From the sequence record SRR20825006_717: 63,559 nt of DNA; one strand, written 5' to 3'. A program made the position numbers and the translations under genes. Of this stretch, positions 29,898-40,082 are shown piece after piece (position 1 is the stretch's first letter; each line of letters starts with the position of its first letter). Under the pieces are notes generated by a model. It was given only the letters and a program-made list of their open reading frames with translations, had not been told where the DNA came from and searched no databases.

Positions 29898-30798
29898 CTT
29901 CTCCTAATTGTGCCGTTAGTTCATTCACTGAGTTGAACTTCATTTCATCACGAAAGCGCGACAATAATTGTACCGTTATATATTGTCCGTATAAATCTTC
30001 ATTAAAATCAAACAAGTTGACTTCAATCGAAATGGCGTCCTGTGTGTCTACTGTAGGTCGACGTCCAATATTCATCATTCCGAGTTCAACATCACCATTA
30101 GCCAAGATAACATTTACAGCGTAGACACCGAGTTGAGGAATCAATTTAGTATCACTTTCAAGATCCAAATTTGCTGTTGGAAAACCAATTGATCTTCCCA
30201 AAGCTTTTCCCTTCACCACTTTGCCGTTTAAAACATAAGGCTCCCCCAAAAAAGCACTCGCTCGATCCATATCGCCGTTTAGAATTGCTTTTCGAATCTT
30301 CGTTGAACTAACATTTACTTCGTCAATTTCTTGCGCACTAATTTCCTGCACTTCATAACCATATAAGTCACTCACTTCTCGAAGAAAATCAATAGAGCCC
30401 TCTCGATTCTTTCCAAACTGATGATCGTATCCTATCACTAGTTTTTTGACATGCAAACGATTCACGAGATAATCACGGACAAACTCAACAGCTGTTAATC
30501 GCGAAAAATCCATTGTAAACGGGTGAACAATAATGTTCTTGAGTCCCATTCGACGCAATTTATCGATTTTTTCGGCCTGTGTTTGAATTAATTTGAGTCC
30601 GTGACTGTTTGGATAAAGCACCATTCTCGGATGCGGATAAAATGTGAAAAGAACAGATTCTCCTCCAATTTTCTCGGCTTCTTCGTTTAATTTCTGAATA
30701 ATCTTTTGATGCCCAACGTGCACACCATCAAACGTTCCGATTGTTAAAACTGGATTAGGAATATTCCCGAGTTGATCAAATCCCTGAAAAATGTTCAT
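29857..30798 (-). CDS. ribF: Riboflavin kinase/FAD synthetase
   Basis: GTFDGVHVGH, VSSTKIR, GFPTANL, GRRPT. Confidence 0.96.
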   Translation of the reverse strand: MNIFQGFDQLGNIPNPVLTIGTFDGVHVGHQKIIQKLNEEAEKIGGESVLFTFYPHPRMVLYPNSHGLKLIQTQAEKIDKLRRMGLKNIIVHPFTMDFSRLTAVEFVRDYLVNRLHVKKLVIGYDHQFGKNREGSIDFLREVSDLYGYEVQEISAQEIDEVNVSSTKIRKAILNGDMDRASAFLGEPYVLNGKVVKGKALGRSIGFPTANLDLESDTKLIPQLGVYAVNVILANGDVELGMMNIGRRPTVDTQDAISIEVNLFDFNEDLYGQYITVQLLSRFRDEMKFNSVNELTAQLGEDEKTIRNYFTSLV

Positions 30799-30834
30799 TC
30801 ATGCACCTTTCCTGCAAATGTAATAAAACTGCGT

Positions 30835-31068
30835 TCATCGACTCACTGGGCAACTCTTAATTCGTGAAGAAATATATTCTATCGCCTCTGGGTCATACTC
30901 ATAATGCTGTGTGAGTGAATCAAGTTTTTCAATGCAACCATTAAGTCCATCGGTGGTTTCAACCGTCTCCATGCACTCACAATAGGCGTCCATCTCTCCT
31001 TCTAAATTCGACTTTGAACAACTGCTCAACGCGGTGAAAAGCAGAATAATAACTACAATATTTTTCAT
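30835..31068 (-). CDS. Small Cys-rich lipoprotein
   Basis: LSSC lipobox; YCEC motif. Confidence 0.65.
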   Translation of the reverse strand: MKNIVVIILLFTALSSCSKSNLEGEMDAYCECMETVETTDGLNGCIEKLDSLTQHYEYDPEAIEYISSRIKSCPVSR

Positions 31069-31171
31069 GAGTGCTAAATACATCTTTCTATTCCTTGCAA
31101 CAATACCACAAATTAGGTATTTTTGCGGAAAGATATTAGTCTATTTAAAATAAGTCTAAATAAAGACGATT

Positions 31172-31495
31172 ATGATAACTATCACAGATTCAGCAAAAAA
31201 CCAGGCCATTCGTTTAATGGCAGACGATGGGAAAGATGGCTTTTTTATCCGCGTAGGTGTAGAAGGAGGAGGATGTTCAGGGTTGATGTACCAACTTGAC
31301 TTTGATAATTCCGAGAAAGAAGGCGATAAAACATTTGAAGACAACGGAATGAAGGTAGTCGTTGATAAAAAGAGTTACTTGTACCTCATTGGTACTACTC
31401 TTGATTTTTCAGGCGGACTCAACGGAAAGGGCTTTGTTTTCAAAAACCCAAATGCAGACAGAACGTGCGGTTGTGGTGAATCATTCTCAATTTAA
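31172..31495 (+). CDS. HesB/IscA/SufA A-type Fe-S carrier
   Basis: GGGCSG and CGCGESF. Confidence 0.95.
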   Translation: MITITDSAKNQAIRLMADDGKDGFFIRVGVEGGGCSGLMYQLDFDNSEKEGDKTFEDNGMKVVVDKKSYLYLIGTTLDFSGGLNGKGFVFKNPNADRTCGCGESFSI

Positions 31496-31504
31496 TACAG
31501 GTAG

Positions 31505-32953
31505 ATGTCAAATTACACAGAAAACGAATTAGCAGAAGACCTCAAGAATCAGGAATACAAATTTGGTTTTACAACCAATATTGATTCAGATAAAGCTCCA
31601 AAAGGGCTTTCAGAAGATATTATCCGTTTTATTTCAGCGAAAAAAAACGAACCAGAGTGGATGTTGGAAAACCGTTTATCTGCGTTTAAAGCGTGGAAAG
31701 AAATGACGGAACCAGAATGGGCGCATGTACATTATACAAAACCTGATTTTCAGGACATCACTTATTATTCCGCTCCAAAGCAAAGTAAGAAATACGAGAG
31801 TTGGGATGATGTTGACCCAGAGATGAAGGAAACAATGAAAAAACTCGGGATTTCCATGGAAGAACAAAAACGCCTAACGGGTGTAGCTGTTGACTTCGTT
31901 ATGGATTCCGTTTCAGTTGCGACTTCTTTTAAGGCAAAATTGAAAGAATTAGGAATCATCTTCTGTTCATTTTCAGAGGCCGTTCAAGACTATCCAGACT
32001 TGGTTCGTGAGCACATGGGAACAGTTGTTCCGATGCAAGATAATTTTTACGCAGCGTTGAACTCTGCTGTATTTACAGATGGTTCTTTCTGCTACATTCC
32101 AAAAGGCGTTCGTTGCCCAATGGAACTTTCAACATATTTCAGAATTAACGAATCTGGAACTGGACAATTCGAAAGAACACTTGTGGTTGCAGACGAAGGA
32201 GCTTACGTTTCTTATCTTGAAGGATGTACAGCACCGCAAAGAGATGAAAATCAATTGCATGCTGCGGTTGTAGAATTAGTTGCAAAAAAAGACGCCGAGA
32301 TTAAATACTCAACTGTTCAGAACTGGTATCCAGGAGATAAGAACGGTAAAGGTGGAATTTTCAACTTCGTTACAAAACGTGGAATCTGCGACACGAACGC
32401 AAAAATTTCATGGACACAAGTTGAAACTGGTTCAGCAGTCACTTGGAAATATCCTTCATGCATTTTGAAAGGAGACAACTCTATCGGAGAATTTTACTCG
32501 GTGGCAGTGACCAATAACTTCCAACAAGCAGATACCGGAACTAAAATGGTTCACATCGGAAAAAATACAAAAAGCACGATTATTTCGAAAGGAATTTCGG
32601 CAGGAAAAAGTCAGAACTCTTACCGTGGATTGGTTCAGATTCATAAAAATGCCGATAATGCCCGCAATTTCTCTCAGTGTGATTCATTATTGATGACTGA
32701 TGAGTGTGGCGCGCATACGTTCCCATACATCGAATGTAAAAATAGCTCTGCAAAAATTGAGCACGAAGCAACGACTTCAAAAATTGGAGAAGATCAAATT
32801 TTCTATTGCCTTCAACGCGGAATTAGTGAGGAAAAAGCAATTGGATTAATCGTAAACGGTTACTGTAAAGAAGTATTGAACCAATTACCGATGGAATTTG
32901 CAGTTGAAGCTCAAAAATTATTGACGATTAGTTTAGAGGGAAGCGTCGGGTAA
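31505..32953 (+). CDS. sufB: Fe-S cluster assembly protein SufB
   Basis: [33 protein letters not shown]. Confidence 0.97.
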   Translation: MSNYTENELAEDLKNQEYKFGFTTNIDSDKAPKGLSEDIIRFISAKKNEPEWMLENRLSAFKAWKEMTEPEWAHVHYTKPDFQDITYYSAPKQSKKYESWDDVDPEMKETMKKLGISMEEQKRLTGVAVDFVMDSVSVATSFKAKLKELGIIFCSFSEAVQDYPDLVREHMGTVVPMQDNFYAALNSAVFTDGSFCYIPKGVRCPMELSTYFRINESGTGQFERTLVVADEGAYVSYLEGCTAPQRDENQLHAAVVELVAKKDAEIKYSTVQNWYPGDKNGKGGIFNFVTKRGICDTNAKISWTQVETGSAVTWKYPSCILKGDNSIGEFYSVAVTNNFQQADTGTKMVHIGKNTKSTIISKGISAGKSQNSYRGLVQIHKNADNARNFSQCDSLLMTDECGAHTFPYIECKNSSAKIEHEATTSKIGEDQIFYCLQRGISEEKAIGLIVNGYCKEVLNQLPMEFAVEAQKLLTISLEGSVG

Positions 32954-32980
32954 CTTTGACTTGGCGGTCATTTAGAGGGG

Positions 32981-33103
32981 CATTTCGACTCCGCTTGATG
33001 TCCCGAATTCTGGTCGAGATTATTAAAAAGAACGTTGAGCAAAACAAAAACGAGACAGCGAACTCGATAAAGTAAGTTTAAAGGCCATCGAGGTGAGCCG
33101 AAA
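32981..33103. repeat. Degenerate REP-like inverted pair between sufB and sufC
   Basis: CATTTCGACTCCGCTTGATG (32981) and imperfect complement CATCGAGGTGAGCCGAAA (33086); same TTCGACTCCGCT core as the repeat at 35155. Confidence 0.5.
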
Positions 33104-33124
33104 AAAAGACATAAAGAACAAAAA

Positions 33125-33877
33125 ATGATTACAATTAAGAATCTACACGCCAACATCGACGGCAAAGAAATTTTAAAAGGATTAAATCTTACGGTTAACG
33201 CTGGTGAGATCCACGCAATAATGGGACCAAATGGTGCTGGAAAAAGTACCTTAGCTTCTGTTTTAGCTGGACGTGAGGAATATGAAATCACTGAAGGTTC
33301 TGTAGATTTCGATGGTGAAGATTTATTAGAAATGGACACTGAAGATCGTGCAAGAGAAGGATTGTTCCTAGCATTTCAATATCCTGTTGAGATTCCTGGA
33401 GTATCGAATATCAACTTCTTAAGAACTGCGCTGAATGAAATTCGTGAGTACAGAAAAGAAGATCCTATTTCTGCGAAAGAATTCATGGCGATGGTACGTG
33501 AAAAATCTGCCTTGGTTGAATTAGATGCTAAGTTAGCTTCTCGAAGTGTGAATGAAGGTTTTTCTGGAGGTGAAAAGAAGCGAAACGAAATTTTCCAAAT
33601 GGCGATGCTTGAACCAAAGCTTTCTATTTTGGATGAAACGGATTCTGGATTAGACATCGACGCATTGAGAATTGTAGCAAACGGAGTGAACACGTTAAAA
33701 AGCGACAAAAACGCAACGATCGTGATTACTCACTATCAACGTTTACTCGATTATATCATTCCTGATTTTGTTCACGTATTGTACGATGGAAAAATTGTGA
33801 AGACAGGTCCAAAGGAACTTGCTTTAGAATTGGAAGAAAAAGGATACGATTGGATTAAAGAAGAATTGGCACACTAA
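33125..33877 (+). CDS. sufC: Fe-S assembly ATPase SufC
   Basis: [35 protein letters not shown]. Confidence 0.97.
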   Translation: MITIKNLHANIDGKEILKGLNLTVNAGEIHAIMGPNGAGKSTLASVLAGREEYEITEGSVDFDGEDLLEMDTEDRAREGLFLAFQYPVEIPGVSNINFLRTALNEIREYRKEDPISAKEFMAMVREKSALVELDAKLASRSVNEGFSGGEKKRNEIFQMAMLEPKLSILDETDSGLDIDALRIVANGVNTLKSDKNATIVITHYQRLLDYIIPDFVHVLYDGKIVKTGPKELALELEEKGYDWIKEELAH

Positions 33878-33891
33878 AATCTCAGAAAATT

Positions 33892-35151
33892 ATGAGCATT
33901 GTTGCAGAAAACAACATCACTTTCGCTTCGGGATTAACGCCAACAACGCTTCCCGTTGAACGAACAATTATCGAACAAGCACAGGAAACATTGGCGACAG
34001 CCACGCTTCCAACCACACGCGTAGAAGCTTGGAAATACACACGTGTAGCAAAAATTGGTAAAATCAACTTTCAGAATAATCCCGAGAAAATTGCGGATTT
34101 AGGAAAGTACAAAATTGACTCAACTGCACCTATTTTGGTGTTTGTAAACGGTCATTTTGACGTTGAACAATCATCTACTGCCTTTCCTGAAGGAATGACT
34201 GTGAAACAACTTTCTGATTGTTCTGTTGAAGAACTTCCAAAAAGCAATTTAGCTGTAGAAAATGAAGTCTTCACTTCTGTAAATAGCGCTTATTTGACGG
34301 GTGGACTATTGATTTCTATTTCGGCAAAAGCGACGATTGAACAGCCGATTCAGATCATCCACATTCTGAAAGGAACACAGATAATTTCGAACTTTAAGAC
34401 AATTATCCAAGCGGATTCTTTTTCCAAAGCTTCGATTATTCAAGGTTTTTTCGCGGAAGATGCGGCTCAATCATTTGCTAATAATATTACCGAGATTCAT
34501 GTTGCAGAAAATGCATTTTTGAGTCTTGAAAAAGTACAATACGAAGCCGAAGACACGTTTCACATCTCAACTGAGAAAGTGAATCAGGCGAAGAATTCAA
34601 CGTTTACGATTAACACAATTACCTTAAACGGAGGTTTGGTTCGAAATAACCTAAACATCGATGTCAACGGAGAGAATTGCACTACGTATCTGAACAGCGC
34701 TTATTTGCTCAAAGGAAAGCAGCACGTGGATAATCACACAATCGTTGACCATTTAGCTGCGCACTGTGATTCGCATGAGTTATACAAGGGAGTGATGGAT
34801 GAGCAGTCTACTGCGGTCTTCAATGGAAAAGTGTTTGTTCGTAAGGATTCTCAGAAAATCAATGCATTTCAATCGAATGGAAATGTACTTCTTTCTGATT
34901 CCGCAACGATCAACTCTAAGCCAGAATTGGAAATTTATGCCGACGACGTGAAGTGTTCTCACGGATCTACAACAGGACAATTAGATGAACAAGCGGTGTT
35001 TTATCTGCGCGCACGTGGATTGTCTGAAAAATCAGCTAGACAATTAATGACTTCTGCATTTATTGGTGAAGTATTGGAAAAAATCGAGAACGAATCCGTT
35101 TTAGAGTTTTCTAAGAAATTGCTTTCGGAGAGGTTTGATTGGAGTATGTAG
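33892..35151 (+). CDS. sufD: Fe-S assembly protein SufD
   Basis: EAWKYT, KPELEIYADDVKCSHG, FYLRARG. Confidence 0.95.
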   Translation: MSIVAENNITFASGLTPTTLPVERTIIEQAQETLATATLPTTRVEAWKYTRVAKIGKINFQNNPEKIADLGKYKIDSTAPILVFVNGHFDVEQSSTAFPEGMTVKQLSDCSVEELPKSNLAVENEVFTSVNSAYLTGGLLISISAKATIEQPIQIIHILKGTQIISNFKTIIQADSFSKASIIQGFFAEDAAQSFANNITEIHVAENAFLSLEKVQYEAEDTFHISTEKVNQAKNSTFTINTITLNGGLVRNNLNIDVNGENCTTYLNSAYLLKGKQHVDNHTIVDHLAAHCDSHELYKGVMDEQSTAVFNGKVFVRKDSQKINAFQSNGNVLLSDSATINSKPELEIYADDVKCSHGSTTGQLDEQAVFYLRARGLSEKSARQLMTSAFIGEVLEKIENESVLEFSKKLLSERFDWSM

Positions 35152-35154
35152 TAA

Positions 35155-35280
35155 GTGGGCTTCGACTCCGCTCAGCCCACACGACTCCGCTCAGCCCACA
35201 ATATGCTTCGTTGAAAAACGCTTCAAAAAAAATGTTTGTAAAAGTATAGTTCCGTGGGCTGAGCGAAGTCGAAGCCCACA
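35155..35280. repeat. REP-like inverted repeat pair with a partial tandem duplication
   Basis: GTGGGCTTCGACTCCGCTCAGCCCAC (35155-35180), duplicated CGACTCCGCTCAGCCCACA (35182-35200), inverted copy GTGGGCTGAGCGAAGTCGAAGCCCAC (35254-35279, 1 mismatch). Confidence 0.85.
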
Positions 35281-35284
35281 AGGA

Positions 35285-35830
35285 TCAATCCGTCAATTCC
35301 GTATCAATATCTTTCAATTTCAACGCGATTTCCGATAAAAGATGTGCTTTTTGGTCGTCCGCTGGAGGATTCGATTCCATGTAATTCTTCAGATGTAACT
35401 GTGATTCAAGGATATTCTCTTCCATGAATGGTCCTTCGAGGTTTTCAATAATCGTTAAGCAATCAAGTGCTTCCATGAAATCACCTGTTGTTGCAATTAA
35501 GACAAAATCATCTATATAATCACTGAAATCCACTTTAGTATTCCAAACAACTGAGAGCATCAACTGTCGGATCGGTAAAAACTTTTCAGCCTCAATAACT
35601 TCCATCACCTCAGCAGTTACAGACGTGTCTTTCAAACTACATAGCAACTCCAAAATCTCCGCTTGATGCGAATGAGTTCCTTCCAACAACAGCTCCGCCA
35701 AAGGAAGAATCACGGAAGAATTTCCATTACTTTCCAATGATTTAATCGCTTTCACCACCTTCTTACTATCCGAAGAATGAAGGTCATCCATAATTTTCGC
35801 TAACTTCTGTTGTTCTTGTTTATTCGCCAT
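35285..35830 (-). CDS. HEAT-repeat-like helical protein
   Basis: Acidic helical ORF from ATG 35830; VVKAIKSL...ILPLAELL pattern. Confidence 0.65.
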   Translation of the reverse strand: MANKQEQQKLAKIMDDLHSSDSKKVVKAIKSLESNGNSSVILPLAELLLEGTHSHQAEILELLCSLKDTSVTAEVMEVIEAEKFLPIRQLMLSVVWNTKVDFSDYIDDFVLIATTGDFMEALDCLTIIENLEGPFMEENILESQLHLKNYMESNPPADDQKAHLLSEIALKLKDIDTELTD

Positions 35831-35926
35831 TTTTAACTCTTTTCCGCAAAGATAGCCCATATTTTCTTTCTCCAATAAAAGATCGTACTACATGCATCTT
35901 CTAGCTAGTTTGAATATCTTTGTAAC

Positions 35927-36895
35927 ATGAATTCTATGCAGTCTCCTATTCGATTTGTTTCTACGGTCATTCTTTTGCTGTTGACGTTGTCGAGCTGTTT
36001 CGTGGAAACCGCTGAATCTGTTGACGATAAAGAGCTTGCCATAGTCTCGGATTACTTAGTAGCGAAGGACACAACCCTATTCAAGCGTTTCAAAGAAAAA
36101 TATAACTGTCGGGTGTACATTCGCACAATGACGACTGACGAGCTTGTTGGCTACATCGGAAATGCAGACCACAATTCAGGGTTGGACATTGTAATGATGA
36201 AATCTGTTCATAGCGTCCTGGTTTTAAATAAAAATGGTGTTCTGCATTCTCTCGGGAAAAATGAACATTCTTTTCATGTGGACAGTTCTTACATTTCGAC
36301 AAAGTTTAATTATATCGGAATTGGTTTTGATCCGTTTATTTTGAGTTACGCAACGGACACTCTTCCGCTTATTTCCACCTATAAAGATTTATCAAGAACG
36401 AAGCATTTCAATGCCCTTTCTAAGGAAGACCTTCTTGTTTTTTTGAGTCCAATGCGCAAGGAACAAACCCGTGTGAATTTTTACGCATGGACAAAAAAAT
36501 GGCTGGAACAAACAACGGATTTATCTAAGCGCGATACCATTTCTTCTAATTATCCTATTCTATCGTTGTATAGCGATTATAAAGTATTTCCAAATTCATT
36601 GAAGAAATATAAGGTCATAAATTATCCAAAAGGGAAACAGGATGGAAGTTATTTCAACCTGCGTACCATTGCTCTTGTTAAGCAAGCCGAACACTTTTCT
36701 TTAGCCAAAAATTTCATTTCTTTTTACCGAAATGCTGGATACAATGAGGATTTAAATGTCAAACTGAAAACTGTTCCTCTGTTTCATTCTCTGATAAATT
36801 CTAATGAAGAATTCGTTGCATATCCTTTAAATCCAGAGAAAGCACTTGAATATCAACTCACAATTGAGCGAATGTTAGACAAGATGAAGGATTAA
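35927..36895 (+). CDS. Solute-binding protein-like lipoprotein (degenerate)
   Basis: LSSC lipobox; D..LFKRF.EKY..V, DIVMM, LAKNFISF resemble ABC Fe(III)/polyamine-binding proteins; no permease nearby. Confidence 0.6.
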   Translation: MNSMQSPIRFVSTVILLLLTLSSCFVETAESVDDKELAIVSDYLVAKDTTLFKRFKEKYNCRVYIRTMTTDELVGYIGNADHNSGLDIVMMKSVHSVLVLNKNGVLHSLGKNEHSFHVDSSYISTKFNYIGIGFDPFILSYATDTLPLISTYKDLSRTKHFNALSKEDLLVFLSPMRKEQTRVNFYAWTKKWLEQTTDLSKRDTISSNYPILSLYSDYKVFPNSLKKYKVINYPKGKQDGSYFNLRTIALVKQAEHFSLAKNFISFYRNAGYNEDLNVKLKTVPLFHSLINSNEEFVAYPLNPEKALEYQLTIERMLDKMKD

Positions 36896-36985
36896 ATCGA
36901 TGGCATGAACGGATTGCTAAACGAGTAGAGATACATTTGGATTACTAAAAGTGATTTGCCAAATTAGTAATCTAAACCAAATACT

Positions 36986-37516
36986 TTGAACCTATCAAAC
37001 ATAAACTTCCAAGAAGCTTTTCTCTGCAACCTAAACAATGGTAAAAGATTATGCCTCACAAGCGCGAGTCAGGTGAAGCTATTTAAACTCACCATTCTTT
37101 TAATTCCACTTGGATTAATTTCGATTGCTTTTCTGTTTACGATTGGAATAAAGTTTGAATTTTCAAACGTCGTACTTTTTCTCTCTGCCAGTTTCGTAGC
37201 AATTGTTCCAAGCCTGATCGCTTGTAAAACGCTTTACAAAGCTTCCATAAAGGGAGAGACTTTAATTCTAAAGAATTGCTTTTCTAGAAAATCGTGTGTC
37301 ACCTCAGTAAATAGCGTTAAAAGATTCAAGGAGCGCCATTTATTCATTTTCAACATCACGATTATCCGTTTTTATTTGGATGGCGTTCAACGTAAAACGA
37401 TTGTAATAGGTCGCAAACGGGGCTATTTATCGATTGGACAACTCATTGATCAGGCCAAGCATTGGAGCAAAGAGAAAAAAAAGGCAAACCATAAGCCGGG
37501 TTCTGTAGTTGCATAA
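36986..37516 (+). CDS. Hypothetical membrane protein
   Basis: TTG start, two TM segments; TACATTTG box upstream; 3' end overlaps rnpB antisense. Confidence 0.55.
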   Translation: MNLSNINFQEAFLCNLNNGKRLCLTSASQVKLFKLTILLIPLGLISIAFLFTIGIKFEFSNVVLFLSASFVAIVPSLIACKTLYKASIKGETLILKNCFSRKSCVTSVNSVKRFKERHLFIFNITIIRFYLDGVQRKTIVIGRKRGYLSIGQLIDQAKHWSKEKKKANHKPGSVVA

Positions 37517-37868
37517 AATGCAATGTCTATCATTTATCTAGCACTAACGTCGCCATTAGCGTCCATCGACCTACCCTCCTAGATCAGGCGAGTAACCCTC
37601 AAGCCTAGGTTTACATGGTCTTTCAGCCCGTAAGGTTTACCTTGCGTTTCTTGTCACCAACAAACCGGTGAGCTCTTACCTCACCTTTTCACCTTTTCCC
37701 AGACGAAGCGAACTTGTCTAGGTAGTCTTCCTTTCTGCGGCACTTTCTGTTACCTGTTACACGCAAGCGTGTTTCAAGCACCTTCCCGTTAGGAAGTACG
37801 GTACTCTTTGCTGCCCGGACTTTCCTCTCTCCATCAATTGACGAACAGCGATAGACTGGTTTGCCTTT
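37480..37868 (-). ncRNA. rnpB: RNase P RNA (type A)
   Basis: Minus strand GAGGAAAGTCCGGGC near the 5' end, ACAGAACCCGGCTTAT near the 3' end; P1 helix AAAGGCAAACCA/TGGTTTGCCTTT. Confidence 0.96.
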
Positions 37869-37873
37869 AAGAA

Positions 37874-37881
37874 CAAAGGTA
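37874..37881 (-). promoter_or_regulatory. -7 promoter box of rnpB
   Basis: TACCTTTG on the minus strand, 5 nt upstream of the P1 start. Confidence 0.75.
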
Positions 37882-37885
37882 GTCT

Positions 37886-38974
37886 TTACTTTTTTACGAA
37901 TGGAACTAATCCAAAATGATTTATCGATCGCACTACAAGCTGGTAATTCCCATTACTTAGCTGCGAAACATCGAGTTGATTAGAAAGTGAGTTAAATGTC
38001 CCACTCATCACAACAGTTCCTTTTAGGTCGATTATTGAATAATTTGTCCCCAACTGATCTAATTTAACGGTTAGATACTCTGTTGTTGGATTAGGATAAA
38101 CACCTACTTCAAGTTCATTCTTATTCACGGAAGCAAGCGCTGGATTGTAATTATCTCTGTATTCGATTTTTGTTACGGTTGGGTTTCCGAGAATATCAGA
38201 CGACTCTACACGAAGCACAGGCTCCAACTGGTTATCAGCCCACCACTCATATACAATTTGATCTGGCACTGGGATTGGAATCCAAGTTACCGTTCCACCT
38301 AGGTCAAATTGAATAGAATCAAATTCAGTAATCAAATGTGTAATTCTAAGCGCATCGAACGTTCCGTAAGGCGTAGTAATTGTTCCCCAGCCATCAACAT
38401 TACTTTCTCTGGTTCTGTATTGTCTCCAAATTGCATTCGTAAATGGATTTAAGTCCAAATTAGAATATCCACGTGAACTGTACACATTCCCGTAATTCAT
38501 TGGGAACTTGTATCTCGTTTCTATGGTGTCTGACTTAAACGGAACTTCTGTTCCCTGTACAACGAAGGAGTAACCAACTGAAGTTATCGAGTCGTTAGAA
38601 TTTTTAGAAAAAAGATTTATATCTGTAATAGAAATCGGAAGAAAAGACGTAATCTGTGCCAAAGGAAGATCAGTAGACGATCCGAAATTTGTTGCTTGAT
38701 ACTTTGGTGGTGCAAATACCCCAAAAGTAAAAGATGCGAGTGTGGAAGCCTGAGACATTCCTTTAAACTGAACTAACTCTTGGCTGTTAGGAGTGAGGTT
38801 AGCAAAGTTCCATGTATAATTTGCTCCAGTAAGTGAGAAATCAACTCCTGTGTTATCCGCAGTGCTCATTCGAACAGTATCTCCCCCATCGGCAAAATCG
38901 GCTCTTGTAATTGTAATTTGCCCAAACGAGATCGGTGCCAAGCCAATCGCCAATAGTAGTAGATGTAATTTCAT
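37886..38974 (-). CDS. T9SS type-A sorting domain protein
   Basis: Signal peptide from ATG 38974; C-terminal VYPNP...IIDLKG...LSNGNY...FVKK CTD. Confidence 0.9.
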   Translation of the reverse strand: MKLHLLLLAIGLAPISFGQITITRADFADGGDTVRMSTADNTGVDFSLTGANYTWNFANLTPNSQELVQFKGMSQASTLASFTFGVFAPPKYQATNFGSSTDLPLAQITSFLPISITDINLFSKNSNDSITSVGYSFVVQGTEVPFKSDTIETRYKFPMNYGNVYSSRGYSNLDLNPFTNAIWRQYRTRESNVDGWGTITTPYGTFDALRITHLITEFDSIQFDLGGTVTWIPIPVPDQIVYEWWADNQLEPVLRVESSDILGNPTVTKIEYRDNYNPALASVNKNELEVGVYPNPTTEYLTVKLDQLGTNYSIIDLKGTVVMSGTFNSLSNQLDVSQLSNGNYQLVVRSINHFGLVPFVKK

Positions 38975-39002
38975 TTTTTTTAGTGTAAATGTAAGGAGAA
39001 TA

Positions 39003-40082
39003 TTACTTTGGGATTGCAATCCCAAAGGTCGTGATAAAATCAATTGATTTCGCTGGAGTTCCAGCATCATCTCTGATTTTGGCAGTAACTTTCGCAGTTG
39101 CTTTGTAAACCTCAAGTCCCTCTGAATTCTTCCCAAAGTATTGCAGATTAATAATTTCCGCTGTTGCATCACTGTTTAAAACATTCTCCGAATTATAGAC
39201 TACTCCATTTTGTGTCATTTTCAAACGAACTGAAAAATCTCTGTATAAAGGAGTTGAAATACTCGTTTCAAACTGTGTGAAATCACTAATGTATTTCCCA
39301 TTCAATGTTCCGTCAATCACCATGTTTTTGGATCTTATGACTCCGTTAGAAAACAATACTTGTGCACGTAAGCGATAACTAGAATCGCCAAGGGTACGAG
39401 AATAATTCAAACCAGTTTGAACGAATTCGTCGTTTAAGAACCAATGTACTTTTTCGATAGGATAGCCCAAATCATCCAACCACGCCTTAAATTGTCCTTC
39501 TTGATTCAAGAAATGTTTTATTGCACAATTTGCATTTTTTTGGTAGCCAAGTATGAGTTCACTACACATTTCACTCGTAGTATTGTCTATAAACGAAACA
39601 ATTCCGCAAACTTCGTATTTCCCAGGTTCCATGATGTCGTAATCATTCACGCCTACAAAAGTTCCATTCACATACCATTGAACGCTGCTAATCAACTGAG
39701 CATTTGGAAGTAAATCTTTAGAAAGTGTTGCTAACGGATACAATGATTTTTGCGAAAAATGCAATTCCTGAGGAAGCATCGTTAGCGCATTGTGATTCGG
39801 AATATCAATGGCCCCATCGTAAATACTGATTTCTAGTCCGAAAGAACCATTGTCAAGACGACCAGAAAAAACGTTGACACCATTCTCAACAGTTTGTCCA
39901 GTATACATGTACGCATTATCGTCTCCGGCAACAATTGAAAACGGTTGTCCGTCAATTGTTCCATCCGCTCTAAACACTGGGTCATTGGAGTCCGAAAGAT
40001 CAATGGTCGTTTTCTTGCATGAAGAAAGAACTAACATTACTCCCATCGCCACAAGCGCACTATATTTCGCACTATTTCTCAT
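39003..40082 (-). CDS. Lipoprotein with PKD/Ig-like segments
   Basis: LSSCKK lipobox; VQWYVNG...PGKYEVC and VHWFLND segments. Confidence 0.75.
   Translation of the reverse strand: MRNSAKYSALVAMGVMLVLSSCKKTTIDLSDSNDPVFRADGTIDGQPFSIVAGDDNAYMYTGQTVENGVNVFSGRLDNGSFGLEISIYDGAIDIPNHNALTMLPQELHFSQKSLYPLATLSKDLLPNAQLISSVQWYVNGTFVGVNDYDIMEPGKYEVCGIVSFIDNTTSEMCSELILGYQKNANCAIKHFLNQEGQFKAWLDDLGYPIEKVHWFLNDEFVQTGLNYSRTLGDSSYRLRAQVLFSNGVIRSKNMVIDGTLNGKYISDFTQFETSISTPLYRDFSVRLKMTQNGVVYNSENVLNSDATAEIINLQYFGKNSEGLEVYKATAKVTAKIRDDAGTPAKSIDFITTFGIAIPK

Noticed and set aside
32968-33339. 123-aa minus-strand ORF
   Set aside because: Antisense shadow of the sufC ATPase.
31172-35151. suf operon lacking sufS/sufE
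   Set aside because: These genes are often encoded elsewhere; absence from one window is uninformative.
38975-39172. Long N-terminal extensions in the ORF track (also 23104-23238 and 41306-41383)
   Set aside because: They overlap neighbouring genes; downstream ATGs give proper signal or N-terminal sequences.
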